From a virus: a DNA stretch of 64,000 bases. Of this stretch, positions 1 to 8,293 are shown piece after piece (within the stretch, counting starts at the first letter, position 1; every line of letters begins with the position of its first letter). A program made the position numbers and the translations under genes. Location of the stretch: IMG/VR virus record IMGVR_UViG_3300037454_000146, positions 32,001-96,000 of that record; one strand, given 5' to 3'. The notes under the pieces are model-generated. The model saw only the letters and a program-made list of their open reading frames with translations. It was not told the origin of the DNA and did no database searches.

Positions 1-94
1 GCGGTGAATCGAGCGGAATATAATAGTGGTTTTGTTATTTTTTCACGCTTTTTCACTCGTTTTATTATCTGATAGGTAATACGATAGGTAATAC

Positions 95-142
95 AAAAAA
101 AATAGGGTACACGATAGGTTAAACTAACTTATCATGTACCCT
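95..142 (-). terminator. Rho-independent terminator closing the late/lysis operon
   Basis: Hairpin AGGGTACA (104-111) / TGTACCCT (135-142) lies directly after the stop of the 147..512 gene. On the minus strand it is followed by eight T (plus-strand A8 at 95-102). Confidence 0.8.
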
Positions 143-146
143 AATC

Positions 147-512
147 TTATTTAGAGGCAAGAGCCGCGAAAGCCGCGCCCGCCAAAACTACTGCTGCGCC
201 ACTAACAATAGCGGATATAGCCGCTATCTTTATCTTCTTGAAATTGTTGAGCGTCTCCTTTGCTGGTGCGTTCTCTAAAGTTGAAACCTTGACCGAAAGC
301 TCTTTTTGATTTTCTTTGACTTCGCCCATGTCCCCTTCGACCCGTTGTAGTGATTGTGCTATGAGGGCAATATTGCTGTTCATCTCGTAGAGCATTTCCT
401 GTTTCTTTTCAACGTCGCCAACTCTCGCTCGGAGGTCGCCAATTTCCTTGGAATGTGTATCTGTAGTCGCCTTTAATTCGTAAAATTTCTCGTCCGATAT
501 TGCCATAGCCAA
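147..512 (-). CDS. XhlA-like lysis-associated protein (coiled coil plus C-terminal transmembrane anchor)
   Basis: 121 aa. The N-terminal part is heptad-like and charged; the C-terminus is hydrophobic (IAAISAIVSGAAVVLAGAAFAALA). It is the last gene of the lysis cassette, after the endolysin. The XhlA assignment is by architecture only. Confidence 0.45.
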   Translation of the reverse strand: MAMAISDEKFYELKATTDTHSKEIGDLRARVGDVEKKQEMLYEMNSNIALIAQSLQRVEGDMGEVKENQKELSVKVSTLENAPAKETLNNFKKIKIAAISAIVSGAAVVLAGAAFAALASK

Positions 513-520
513 GCTCCTTT

Positions 521-1378
521 CTACTTAATCTGTAGCCATAACTCGCAAAGAGCTTGGAACATCGCGTTCTGCGTGTTTGCGCCGATAATGCCGTCAGCCG
601 CGCCGCAGTTGAAACCGTGAGCGTTAAGCGCCGTCTGCAAATCCTTTATGTCCTGTGCGCTGTTTATACTGAAAGTCCTTTTGAGCTTTTCGAGTTCAAC
701 CCAACCCACGCCCGATTTTAGCTTACCGTACTTCACGTAGTTCACAACTTTTTCCTCGACAATAGTGTACTTGGTTGTGACCTCAATCTTGCCAGTTGCG
801 GCTTTGCCAATCTCTTTATAAATGGGTGTTCCGCTAACAAGAGTTTTGGTATACAAACCTACAGGCTCATTAAGCTGCGCGTTTACCTTGTTGCAAATTT
901 CCTGTGTATGTCCCTTAATCCACGTTGCGGGGCATTGTGTTGCTTGAAACATATAGTGGTACGTAAGCGAGCCATTCTTGTCGCCTGTAAACTCTAATTT
1001 CTTTATACCGTTGCGCTTGCATATATCCACGCAGAGCTTTATCAGAGAAGAATACGCCGCGTCCGAAATTGACCACGGCTCGCCATAAACATTATTTGAA
1101 ACCTCTATTGTGATAGCGCGATTGTCATTCCATGCGCTACCGCTACACCACGACCTATCCTTTTCCTCACAGAATAGACCGATGCGTCCGTCGTTGCCTA
1201 TACAGTAATTCGCCGACATTTCTCTTGCTGGATTCGCTACAAGATTGCCAAATTGCTCGACTGACATAATGCTCGCGCAATGATGTATTGTGATTTTGGT
1301 GATAGCCTGATTGCGCGGTGAGTTTCTATTAGGCGAAATCCTTGTATAAGATACTAAAGATGAATTTGTGAAAGCCAT
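521..1378 (-). CDS. Endolysin: N-acetylmuramoyl-L-alanine amidase (Amidase_2/PGRP type) with C-terminal peptidoglycan-binding repeat
   Basis: Amidase_2-like motifs are present: ITIHHCAS, NYCIGNDGRI, AITIEVSN, HYMFQATQCP. The C-terminus (DIKDLQTALNAHGFNCGAADGIIGANTQNA) resembles PG_binding_1. The gene sits next to the holin. Confidence 0.85.
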   Translation of the reverse strand: MAFTNSSLVSYTRISPNRNSPRNQAITKITIHHCASIMSVEQFGNLVANPAREMSANYCIGNDGRIGLFCEEKDRSWCSGSAWNDNRAITIEVSNNVYGEPWSISDAAYSSLIKLCVDICKRNGIKKLEFTGDKNGSLTYHYMFQATQCPATWIKGHTQEICNKVNAQLNEPVGLYTKTLVSGTPIYKEIGKAATGKIEVTTKYTIVEEKVVNYVKYGKLKSGVGWVELEKLKRTFSINSAQDIKDLQTALNAHGFNCGAADGIIGANTQNAMFQALCELWLQIK

Positions 1379-1464
1379 TATTGCACCTCCTCCTCGTCGT
1401 CGCCTTTCCCATTTGAGAGCTCCGCTTCTGTCTCGGGAGCTAAGACCATTTCCTTTTCGTCCAT
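1378..1464 (-). CDS. Possible 28-aa acidic micro-ORF between holin and endolysin
   Basis: Reads MDEKEMVLAPETEAELSNGKGDDEEEVQ. Both ends form TAATG overlaps: the holin stop overlaps its ATG, and its stop overlaps the endolysin ATG. That arrangement suggests translational coupling. No homology evidence. Confidence 0.25.
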   Translation of the reverse strand: MDEKEMVLAPETEAELSNGKGDDEEEVQ

Positions 1465-1682
1465 TACTCGTCCGCCTCCTTATCTTCTAATTCGGGCAGT
1501 CCCGCAACAGATGTCAGCAATGAGAGTATACCAGCAAGAGCCGAAGCCGATACTACGATTTTCCAATTTACAGATTCAATTGCTGCCGATGTTCCTATTG
1601 TTGCGATTGCGGTCTGAGCCACTGTCTTGAGTGCTCTGATTCCTGCCGCTTTGAGCCAGTTTTTGTCAATGATTTTTGCCAT
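1464..1682 (-). CDS. Holin (small membrane protein)
   Basis: MAKIIDKNWLKAAGIRALKTVAQTAIATIG... with two hydrophobic segments and an acidic C-terminus (EDKEADE), immediately upstream of the endolysin. Start moved to the internal ATG at 1682; the 1727 ATG has no RBS. Start uncertain. Confidence 0.7.
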   Translation of the reverse strand: MAKIIDKNWLKAAGIRALKTVAQTAIATIGTSAAIESVNWKIVVSASALAGILSLLTSVAGLPELEDKEADE

Positions 1683-1727
1683 ACTATCATTGCTACTCAA
1701 AATGTATTTAATATACTTTAAACACAT

Positions 1728-1900
1728 CGAGAATTGAAACCTTCACAGGTATTTCTTACTGCTTCAACGTATATGCTTTTGTGGTTATAAAACACACTAC
1801 TCACAAGTTCTTGTACACTCCACAGTCGTAAATTCCCGAAATAGCCTTCGGTACATACTTATATTTTGCTTTCATTATGCAATTGTATAAGTTATTGCAT
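1728..1900 (-). ncRNA. Putative TnpB omega/right-end RNA scaffold region
   Basis: In known TnpB systems the guide RNA spans the 3' end of tnpB and the right element end. Here a 147-nt ORF-free tail follows the tnpB stop and contains the hairpin CCGAAGGCTATTTCGG followed by GAATTTACGACTGTGGAG. Extent and guide position were not determined. Confidence 0.35.
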
Positions 1901-3035
1901 CTCTAAGATTCAGACTGGCATTAAAATCCCTATCTGCTACATACCCACATTCACAGTGATAAATTCGGTCTGATAGTTGCAGCTTTTTCTTGATATGACC
2001 ACAACAATGACACGTTTTAGATGAGGGATACCATCTATCTACAATTCTCAATTCAATACCATTTTCAAAGCATTTAAATGCTAATTTAGTTCTAAACTGA
2101 TAAAACTTTTGAGATGCTACGGCTTTTGCAATATGTTTGTTTTTCATCATCCCTCTTACATTCAAATCTTCAATAGCAATATAAGATGGTTTGGTTTTCA
2201 CTATCTCGGCTATTACTTTATTAATGTAATCGGTGCGGATGTTATTTAACTTATTATAAAGCCTTTGTACTTTTAGCTTTTGTTTTTGTATATTTTTTTG
2301 AGTAGCCCCTCCTTTCTTATTTTTATCATATTTACGAGAAAGACACCGTTGTTCTCTACGCAGACGTCTTTCAATCTTTTTGATTTTTTCTGACTTGTTA
2401 ATATTTGCGTATAATTGACCATTTGACAGAATCGCGAAATCCTTTAAACCCAGATCAATTCCAACACCTTCGTTGTTGCAAACTGTAGGTTCTATAGAAG
2501 GAATATCTACGAGGACAGACACATAATATCTACCAGCTTCAACAGATATAGAGCCGCTTTTAATAATTAGTCCGCTTCGAGTTGTTGGAATATATCCTTT
2601 CTCTTTAACGCGCACCCATCCTAATGTTGGAATATTGATTCTATGTCTTTCACATCTACAATCTTTTGAATTATTCTTCACAAAATACATTGTGACATTA
2701 GATCTCCCTTTCTTCTTAAAACGAGGATAACCACTTCGATTTTTAAAAAACCTCATAAAAGCTGCATACCCATTTTCAATAGATTTTTTAACTGCTTTTG
2801 AATATACTTCTTTAATCCATTTTTTATCAGAATTGTTTGGGATATACTCATTGTTCAACCATACACTAAATTCCTTGCCCGTAACAAAGTCTTTGTTTTT
2901 AAGATATAGTTCTTTATTGTAAGCAAGATAAAAATTATAAATAAATCTACAGGTATTAATCGTTTTGTCTATTTTATTCTTTTGCTCTAATGTAGGATTG
3001 ATTTCCGTCTTAAAACTCTTAAATATTTTCATCAT
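1875..3035 (-). CDS. tnpB: TnpB RNA-guided endonuclease (RuvC-like, OrfB_IS605 with Zn ribbon)
   Basis: 386 aa. RuvC motifs are GIDLGLKDFAILSNG (D), IAIEDLNVRGM (E) and ADRDFNASLNL (D). The zinc ribbon is CHCCGH...YHCECG. N-terminus is INPTLEQKNKIDKTINTCRFIYNFYL. Confidence 0.9.
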   Translation of the reverse strand: MMKIFKSFKTEINPTLEQKNKIDKTINTCRFIYNFYLAYNKELYLKNKDFVTGKEFSVWLNNEYIPNNSDKKWIKEVYSKAVKKSIENGYAAFMRFFKNRSGYPRFKKKGRSNVTMYFVKNNSKDCRCERHRINIPTLGWVRVKEKGYIPTTRSGLIIKSGSISVEAGRYYVSVLVDIPSIEPTVCNNEGVGIDLGLKDFAILSNGQLYANINKSEKIKKIERRLRREQRCLSRKYDKNKKGGATQKNIQKQKLKVQRLYNKLNNIRTDYINKVIAEIVKTKPSYIAIEDLNVRGMMKNKHIAKAVASQKFYQFRTKLAFKCFENGIELRIVDRWYPSSKTCHCCGHIKKKLQLSDRIYHCECGYVADRDFNASLNLRDAITYTIA

Positions 3036-3147
3036 CTCCTTTTATACAGATTTTATTTATTCCGCTACCACCCCTTTCGGTCGGTTGTTTTATCTATATT
3101 AAAGGCAACAACCGTTTAGCTGTGCCTATTATTTTCAAACATTTGAG

Positions 3148-3169
3148 GGTGGCGGAATTAACCGCCACC
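3148..3169 (-). terminator. Hairpin downstream of the 3179..3598 gene (weak terminator, or flank of the IS left end)
   Basis: Perfect 8-bp stem GGTGGCGG / CCGCCACC with a 6-nt loop, 10 nt after the stop. The downstream T tract is poor. Confidence 0.4.
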
Positions 3170-3178
3170 ACGAAGGGC

Positions 3179-3598
3179 TTACTTCATTTCGGAAAGGAAA
3201 CGCTCAAACTTCTTGCGAGTGCGCTCATCAGGAGCTTTCTCCATGAGTTCTTCTATCTCGTCCATAAAATCCTCTTTTGCGTCATCTCTGCTGTAGCCAC
3301 GAGCGTATGAACCGCGTCTTGCATATGAGCCACGACCATTAGAACGACCACCTCTATTTTCCATAGAGTTGTCATAATAATATCTGCCGCCCATATAGTA
3401 GCCACTGTGTCCGTCCTCCGCCTCTATCATAGCGATAGTGGTCTTGAGAGACTTCATTGTGTGAGTGAGCTTATCAAGATACTCCAAATCGCCAGCACTC
3501 AGTTCTCCGCCAGAGCCATTAATCTTCTCGTTTGCATTTTCAAGTTCCTTTGAGACCGTCTCACAAAGGTCATACAGGGTATCTAACTTCTTATCCAT
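3179..3598 (-). CDS. Hypothetical protein with Gly/Arg/Tyr/Ser-rich low-complexity centre
   Basis: 139 aa. A helical N-terminus is followed by GYYMGGRYYYDNSMENRGGRSNGRGSYARRGSYARGYSRDD and then an acidic helical tail. An RBS is present. Confidence 0.6.
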   Translation of the reverse strand: MDKKLDTLYDLCETVSKELENANEKINGSGGELSAGDLEYLDKLTHTMKSLKTTIAMIEAEDGHSGYYMGGRYYYDNSMENRGGRSNGRGSYARRGSYARGYSRDDAKEDFMDEIEELMEKAPDERTRKKFERFLSEMK

Positions 3599-3612
3599 AC
3601 TCTACCTACCTT

Positions 3613-4101
3613 TCATCTAATTCTGCGAGTGCCAATATACTCAAAGATAATATTAGCGTTCATCACATTGATTGGTTGTGTGCTTATATTGCGTACTGAA
3701 ACACTCTGACAGCCACAAAGACTTGGTACTGCCACGATTATTGAAGCTCCAACATTATCACCTGATACATCTGAAACCAGAGGTACGGTTACTGTCATAA
3801 TGGAACTCGGATCAGTTTCACCACCTATAGCTATTGCAAGGCTGATAGGTTCAACTGTTCCTGCGGGTTCTTCGGGCAAACTGATGTTGCCGTGGAACTC
3901 CACGTTGTAAAGTGTTTCATAAATACGCCTACAGCCACAACTGCAATTAGACTGAGGTGTATTGTTTGCGAGTAAGAAGATTCCGCTTTCATCTCTATGG
4001 AATACAAGTCCCTCATTGCAAGGAACAGGGGACTCCGTAAAGATTACAGGTGCGGTAGCCTGTACTACTTGTGTAGCGTTTGCGCTGTATTCTGCTGCCA
4101 T
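3613..4101 (-). CDS. Hypothetical beta-rich protein; possible C1q/TNF-like (BclA C-terminal-like) jelly roll
   Basis: Alternating beta-strand pattern with several Cys pairs (CSCGC, CGC). The fold assignment is a guess from sequence texture only. Start placed at ATG 4101; the GTG at 4110 is an alternative. Confidence 0.45.
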   Translation of the reverse strand: MAAEYSANATQVVQATAPVIFTESPVPCNEGLVFHRDESGIFLLANNTPQSNCSCGCRRIYETLYNVEFHGNISLPEEPAGTVEPISLAIAIGGETDPSSIMTVTVPLVSDVSGDNVGASIIVAVPSLCGCQSVSVRNISTQPINVMNANIIFEYIGTRRIR

Positions 4102-4119
4102 AGTTATCACCGCCCATCA

Positions 4120-5010
4120 TTAAAATGAGCCGTTGCAACCGCAAGCGTTAGTGCAGCAGTTAGGATTCTGCACCATATAAGCAGGGATAGCACGAGGAGC
4201 TACATACTGCTCTACCTCGTTAGCGAGATTTCTCTGACCAAGCTGGATAGCCGCCGTCTGAACGTCCTGTGAAGCCTGTCCACGAGCGAACATAAGCTCT
4301 GAGCGAAGCTGTGCGATGATGTCATTCTTGCTCTCAATCTTGTCTGAGCAAAGCTGATCCTTGATGCTCTGAATACCGCTATTAAAGGCTGTGAGAAGCG
4401 CATTAGTATTCTGAGCGTCGGCGGTTCTTGTTGCACATCCTTCCTGTGCGAGTGTGTACTTTACGTCAGCTGTAGCCGCACGATTCTCGCAACAGCAAGT
4501 AGCAAGCTGAGACTGAATAGCATTTAAGCCCTGAGAATTAGCAGTCTGAGCCGCATAACTTCTTTCAAGGTTTGCTATTTCGTTGCCATAGAGCTGCTGT
4601 GCAAGTGCGTTCTGTGCACCAAAGACTGAATTGTTCACGCCGTTAAAGCCGTTAGCAAGGTCGTACCTCATATCGCCGCAGCACTGACAAAGCTGAGTGC
4701 TAAGTCCCTGTATGCCGTCACGAATAGAAGTCACATTGCTATTGAGCATCTGGTCACGGAATCCGTCGTTGATGTTCTGGCTGTTGTTGAGCCACGGATA
4801 AAGACCAAAGCCGTCTGCCATACCCATTCCCATCATTGCGCCATAACCGCCGCCAAAGCCACCAAAGCCGAAGCCGCCGTTACAGAGTGCAATAAGGAAC
4901 AGTATGCCAAGCCAACTGTCTCCGCCACCAAAGAGTCCGTTGCCACCGCCGTAACCACCAGTAGGAGATACGAGCATTGTTGTGTCCATTCCGTTTTCTG
5001 TAAGAGCCAT
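4120..5010 (-). CDS. Hypothetical Gly-rich / Cys-rich protein
   Basis: Start at MALTENG follows the RBS AAGGAGGG. The N-terminus is Gly/Phe/Met-rich and hydrophobic (GGYGGGNGLFGGG...GGFGFGGFGGGYGAMMGMGM). The centre is Q/N/A-rich and helical. Cys clusters include QLCQCCGD, ATCCCEN and the terminal NPNCCTNACGCNGSF. Confidence 0.6.
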   Translation of the reverse strand: MALTENGMDTTMLVSPTGGYGGGNGLFGGGDSWLGILFLIALCNGGFGFGGFGGGYGAMMGMGMADGFGLYPWLNNSQNINDGFRDQMLNSNVTSIRDGIQGLSTQLCQCCGDMRYDLANGFNGVNNSVFGAQNALAQQLYGNEIANLERSYAAQTANSQGLNAIQSQLATCCCENRAATADVKYTLAQEGCATRTADAQNTNALLTAFNSGIQSIKDQLCSDKIESKNDIIAQLRSELMFARGQASQDVQTAAIQLGQRNLANEVEQYVAPRAIPAYMVQNPNCCTNACGCNGSF

Positions 5011-5160
5011 AAAGCCCTCCTTTCTCCCCATAACTTTTAGGGGTTGAGCGTTCACATCCGTATGTGTGAACGGGTTTTATATATCAAGGCGGAATTGCCT
5101 TAATACCATTAGAAAGGTAAAGACTATAACTCATTGTGAGCCATAGCTTTACACTATAAC

Positions 5161-5370
5161 TCACTTCCTACCAAGCATTGCGTTTACACGCCCTTGAAGC
5201 ATTGGCGGGATTCTGCCGTTATCGGCTAAGTATTGTACAATTTGTTGTGGAGTTGTAAGCTCCTTTGGGATATTCATTCCCGTAAGATATTGCATAGGGT
5301 TCTGCATAAACTGCTGATATAATGCGTTCATATCAGGCTGTTTCTGCACAAAAGGATTACCCATCACCAT
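5161..5370 (-). CDS. Hypothetical small protein
   Basis: 69-aa ORF co-oriented in the operon; its start overlaps the upstream gene end. Confidence 0.5.
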   Translation of the reverse strand: MVMGNPFVQKQPDMNALYQQFMQNPMQYLTGMNIPKELTTPQQIVQYLADNGRIPPMLQGRVNAMLGRK

Positions 5371-5767
5371 TCAACTCCTTTACTATTTTCTGCATATCAT
5401 CAATAATTGTTTTATAAGATTCAAACTCTGTCTTTGTCATATACTCCGACATATCTGGCACAACTGCGGTAGTTGTTTCTTGTTGCTGTTGCTCCTGTGG
5501 AGTGGTTCTTTTAACCATGTCGTATATTTCAAATACGGGCGGTTCAAGAATTGACATTCCAACAGATTTCTTATAAAGGCAGCCTTCGTTTTCATTTATG
5601 AAGTTTGTTGTTGTATTAGGCGGAGTGTTCCACCTATACGCAACATCTTGTGAAGGCACATTTATAAAAGTTGTAATTTGCGATTGTTGCATTGGCGGAC
5701 TCGTAGGATATTGTTGCCCGTAAGAATTATATCCGCCAGTAGGGAAGTAAGGAACTCCATAAGCCAT
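5357..5767 (-). CDS. Hypothetical protein (Pro/Gln/Tyr-rich N-terminus)
   Basis: 136 aa, tightly packed against the upstream gene (stop/start adjacency at 5767/5768). Confidence 0.55.
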   Translation of the reverse strand: MAYGVPYFPTGGYNSYGQQYPTSPPMQQSQITTFINVPSQDVAYRWNTPPNTTTNFINENEGCLYKKSVGMSILEPPVFEIYDMVKRTTPQEQQQQETTTAVVPDMSEYMTKTEFESYKTIIDDMQKIVKELNGDG

Positions 5768-6151
5768 TTACTCACCTTCTTTCGTGTAATAATATATCGG
5801 CATTACATGACCGCTATCCCAAGCGTCATAATAATCACCATTAACTACCGCTACGGCGTGAGTACCAGTCGCCACGATGTATTTGCCAGTCGGGTGATCG
5901 TTTGCAAAATCTACAAGTGAATAGCAGAACGGGCAGTCATTAGGACAGATATATCTCTTAAAACCCAAACTTCTAAGATACCAGTCCCACGATGCGTTTG
6001 TATTGCCCCAATCTCCTAAGTAAAATCCTTCGGCGCAAAGAGTAGTATAGATTTCGTCCCACGATATTCCTGTAACAATGTTAATAGCCCTTATCACGCA
6101 ATCGCCAGCGTAGTAGTTCCCACGAGGGTTTTCATTAAAGTTTACATACAT
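5768..6151 (-). CDS. Hypothetical; possible papain-like Cys-His peptidase
   Basis: 127 aa. A candidate nucleophile context is YYAGDCVIRAI. A candidate His/Asp context is GTHAVAVVNGDYYDAWDSGH. This is a motif-level guess only. Confidence 0.4.
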   Translation of the reverse strand: MYVNFNENPRGNYYAGDCVIRAINIVTGISWDEIYTTLCAEGFYLGDWGNTNASWDWYLRSLGFKRYICPNDCPFCYSLVDFANDHPTGKYIVATGTHAVAVVNGDYYDAWDSGHVMPIYYYTKEGE

Positions 6152-6160
6152 AAGCCCTCT

Positions 6161-6679
6161 TTATGCCTTTCTTGCTTGCTCATCGTAAATAGTTGCCAAG
6201 TCCCAATCAATAGCATCTCTCACTCTGTAAAGTAGTTCTGCATCTCTCAGTTCTTTGTCAACGTCCTTAACGTATTGCAAAACAAAGTCTGCGGCGGCTA
6301 TCTCTGACATATCCACAAGGTTGCGATAGGAGTCCTCGTATATTACTTTGCTTTTCTTTTCCCACTCAATCCACTCTTTAAGGGCGTACTGAATGAGATG
6401 AATTTTGTCATCTGGCGATAGCTTATCGTTTGGACGTTCTAATATGTCCAGATTCAATATATCCACTTGCGGTGGATTATCTGACGTTATCAGTATGTGA
6501 TGATGTTGCGCGGCATACTTCTCTAACTTCAAAAGACCATCAGATTCGTCGTGAAGTTGCTTCTTCTGCCGTTTAGCATCGGCTTCGAGGTCTATGAAGT
6601 TGAACAGTTCCGTGAGCTGAGTGTGGATCATCATAGCCCCAACCATGCGGTTTGATAACTTCTTGAATATTTCGTGCAT
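6161..6679 (-). CDS. Hypothetical all-helical protein (possibly ferritin-like four-helix bundle)
   Basis: Start at MHEIF follows the RBS AAGGAGG. The helical pattern, with conserved H/E/D positions, loosely resembles ferritin-like proteins. Unverified. Confidence 0.5.
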   Translation of the reverse strand: MHEIFKKLSNRMVGAMMIHTQLTELFNFIDLEADAKRQKKQLHDESDGLLKLEKYAAQHHHILITSDNPPQVDILNLDILERPNDKLSPDDKIHLIQYALKEWIEWEKKSKVIYEDSYRNLVDMSEIAAADFVLQYVKDVDKELRDAELLYRVRDAIDWDLATIYDEQARKA

Positions 6680-6790
6680 TGGCGCACCTCCTTTCATAGT
6701 AAAGGCGCAACCAAACTAATGATTGCGCCCATTTGCTTAAAAACGACAGCCACTTTTTGGCTATATACCGTTGTTTTAAATCCGATGAAA

Positions 6791-6877
6791 TTACCTTTTC
6801 TTATAATACAAATAGCCTACGGCTCTACCACCAATTCCCGCTATTAATAATCCTACTAAAAATTTAATTATTTCCAT
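6791..6877 (-). CDS. Possible 28-aa single-pass membrane peptide
   Basis: MEIIKFLVGLLIAGIGGRAVGYLYYKKR, with the RBS AAGGTGA 7 nt upstream. It lies in the otherwise empty gap after the tail fibre gene. Confidence 0.3.
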   Translation of the reverse strand: MEIIKFLVGLLIAGIGGRAVGYLYYKKR

Positions 6878-6905
6878 ATCAAATCACCTTTTTATTGCAA
6901 TACGA

Positions 6906-7952
6906 TTATACTATATATGCCCCTGTTTTCTTTACTATTGCAATATCGTTAAAGCTATAAGCCCCGTTTCCCTGTATACAATTAAGTATATTAATTTTGA
7001 AGATATAGTCGCCATTACTTAAAGCAGATACAGGCAGGGCTACTTTGAAATCTGCCGCCGAACCATTATGACCGAAAACAAGAGTATTATAATCAGATGA
7101 TTTCGTGAATGTAAGGTAATATACGCCGTTATTTGTCATAATTATATTATCTGTAAGATACCGCACTAATGTATTGCCATTAAACGCCGACATTTGAAAT
7201 CTCAGATTTGTTTGAGTGTCGGTCGTGGTTTGAGTGATTATACCAGTTGATGTGTCGATAGTTGCATTAGCCTTTACACTCAAATTAGATACATTATAAT
7301 TATTAGTCGCAAATGGCATAATAAGGCTTAATAAAATATTGTTTTTATTTGTTTCGATTTGCTCCACGTCCGCAGATGTAATACCGCTGTTCACTGCTGC
7401 AAGCTGTGCTGTGGTGAGTGTTGCCTGCTTGCCGTCGAGCGCTGACTTAACAACCTTGTTCTGTACAGGGTTTGTGGATGTTCCGTTGAGAGCAGAATCG
7501 ACTGTTGTCTTGTTAGCCTGTACCTCTATACCAGCGAGTTTCGATTTCTCATCGTTAGTATAGTCATTCGTTGACAGTCCCTTGCCTGTTTCGGGCTGTA
7601 CTGCTGTTGCACCAAGAGCCGCACCGCTTCTGATTGTCGCAAGGTCTGAAATCGTATTCTGTTTTGAACCGAGAGCTGTGTCAACTTCTGTTTTTGTATA
7701 AGTTGTTGACTTATCAGCTTTATCATCGAGAGCAGTCTCAACGTCACCAAAGCTATCAAGTGTTTCTCCGTCCTTAATAGCCGCGATATCAGCTCTTGCA
7801 ACAGTATCTTCGGAACTTACCTCACCAGATGCGTTGATTGTCTGTGTTCCGTCAGGATTATCTACTATCTGAATGTTTGAACCGCCTTTAAAGTGGGAGT
7901 TTACATATTCCGCAGAACCGTTAAGAGCCGCGCCTAATGTTACTATATCCAT
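6906..7952 (-). CDS. Tail fibre protein
   Basis: Contains the phage tail-fibre repeat KGLSTNDYTNDEKSKL. Also has T/S/A-rich fibrous segments (DTALGSKQNTISDL, VDSALNGTSTNPVQNKVVKSALDGKQ) and a C-terminal globular domain. Confidence 0.8.
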   Translation of the reverse strand: MDIVTLGAALNGSAEYVNSHFKGGSNIQIVDNPDGTQTINASGEVSSEDTVARADIAAIKDGETLDSFGDVETALDDKADKSTTYTKTEVDTALGSKQNTISDLATIRSGAALGATAVQPETGKGLSTNDYTNDEKSKLAGIEVQANKTTVDSALNGTSTNPVQNKVVKSALDGKQATLTTAQLAAVNSGITSADVEQIETNKNNILLSLIMPFATNNYNVSNLSVKANATIDTSTGIITQTTTDTQTNLRFQMSAFNGNTLVRYLTDNIIMTNNGVYYLTFTKSSDYNTLVFGHNGSAADFKVALPVSALSNGDYIFKINILNCIQGNGAYSFNDIAIVKKTGAYIV

Positions 7953-7968
7953 ATATTAAAACACCTCC

Positions 7969-8274
7969 TCACGCAAGAATAGTCGCCCATACATTAGTAA
8001 AACCGCTTGCACTATCAAGCGAGATTGTGTGCAGACCACTTGCGTCGGCGGCGTAAATTTCATTATCAGTTATAGTGTCTACAACTGCAAAGTCCTTTAA
8101 TCTAACCAGAGAAAGAACCTTATAATCGCCATTAGCGGTCAGCTTGCCAACCACCTTGCAAGAGCCTGTGCCTGAAGCCTTAATTCTGATGTCTGAACCA
8201 GTTGAAACTTTCATTTCATTTACGACACCATTTGCGTATAAGTCTCCATTAATAACAGAATATCTGTTTGCCAT
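7969..8274 (-). CDS. Hypothetical tail-module protein
   Basis: 101-aa beta-rich ORF between baseplate genes and the tail fibre. Confidence 0.55.
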   Translation of the reverse strand: MANRYSVINGDLYANGVVNEMKVSTGSDIRIKASGTGSCKVVGKLTANGDYKVLSLVRLKDFAVVDTITDNEIYAADASGLHTISLDSASGFTNVWATILA

Positions 8275-8293
8275 AACTCATCACTTTCCTTTC

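Larger units (their letters stand above)
1728..3125 (-). mobile_element. tnpA-less IS200/IS605-family (IS1341-type) element carrying tnpB; boundaries approximate
   Basis: A lone TnpB ORF is flanked by ORF-free ends that contain hairpins: CGGTTGTT...AACAACCG near 3085-3118, and CCGAAggctatTTCGG near 1835-1850. It is inserted between phage cargo genes and the holin. No TnpA (Y1 transposase) is present. Confidence 0.6.

Noticed and set aside
71-120. GATAGGTAATAC tandem 12-mer (two full copies at 71-94, partial third copy at 113-120) as an att site or phage terminus
   Set aside because: It is too short, and with no matching copy seen at the right end of the window the claim cannot be supported. 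It may simply be terminator-flanking sequence. Noted only.
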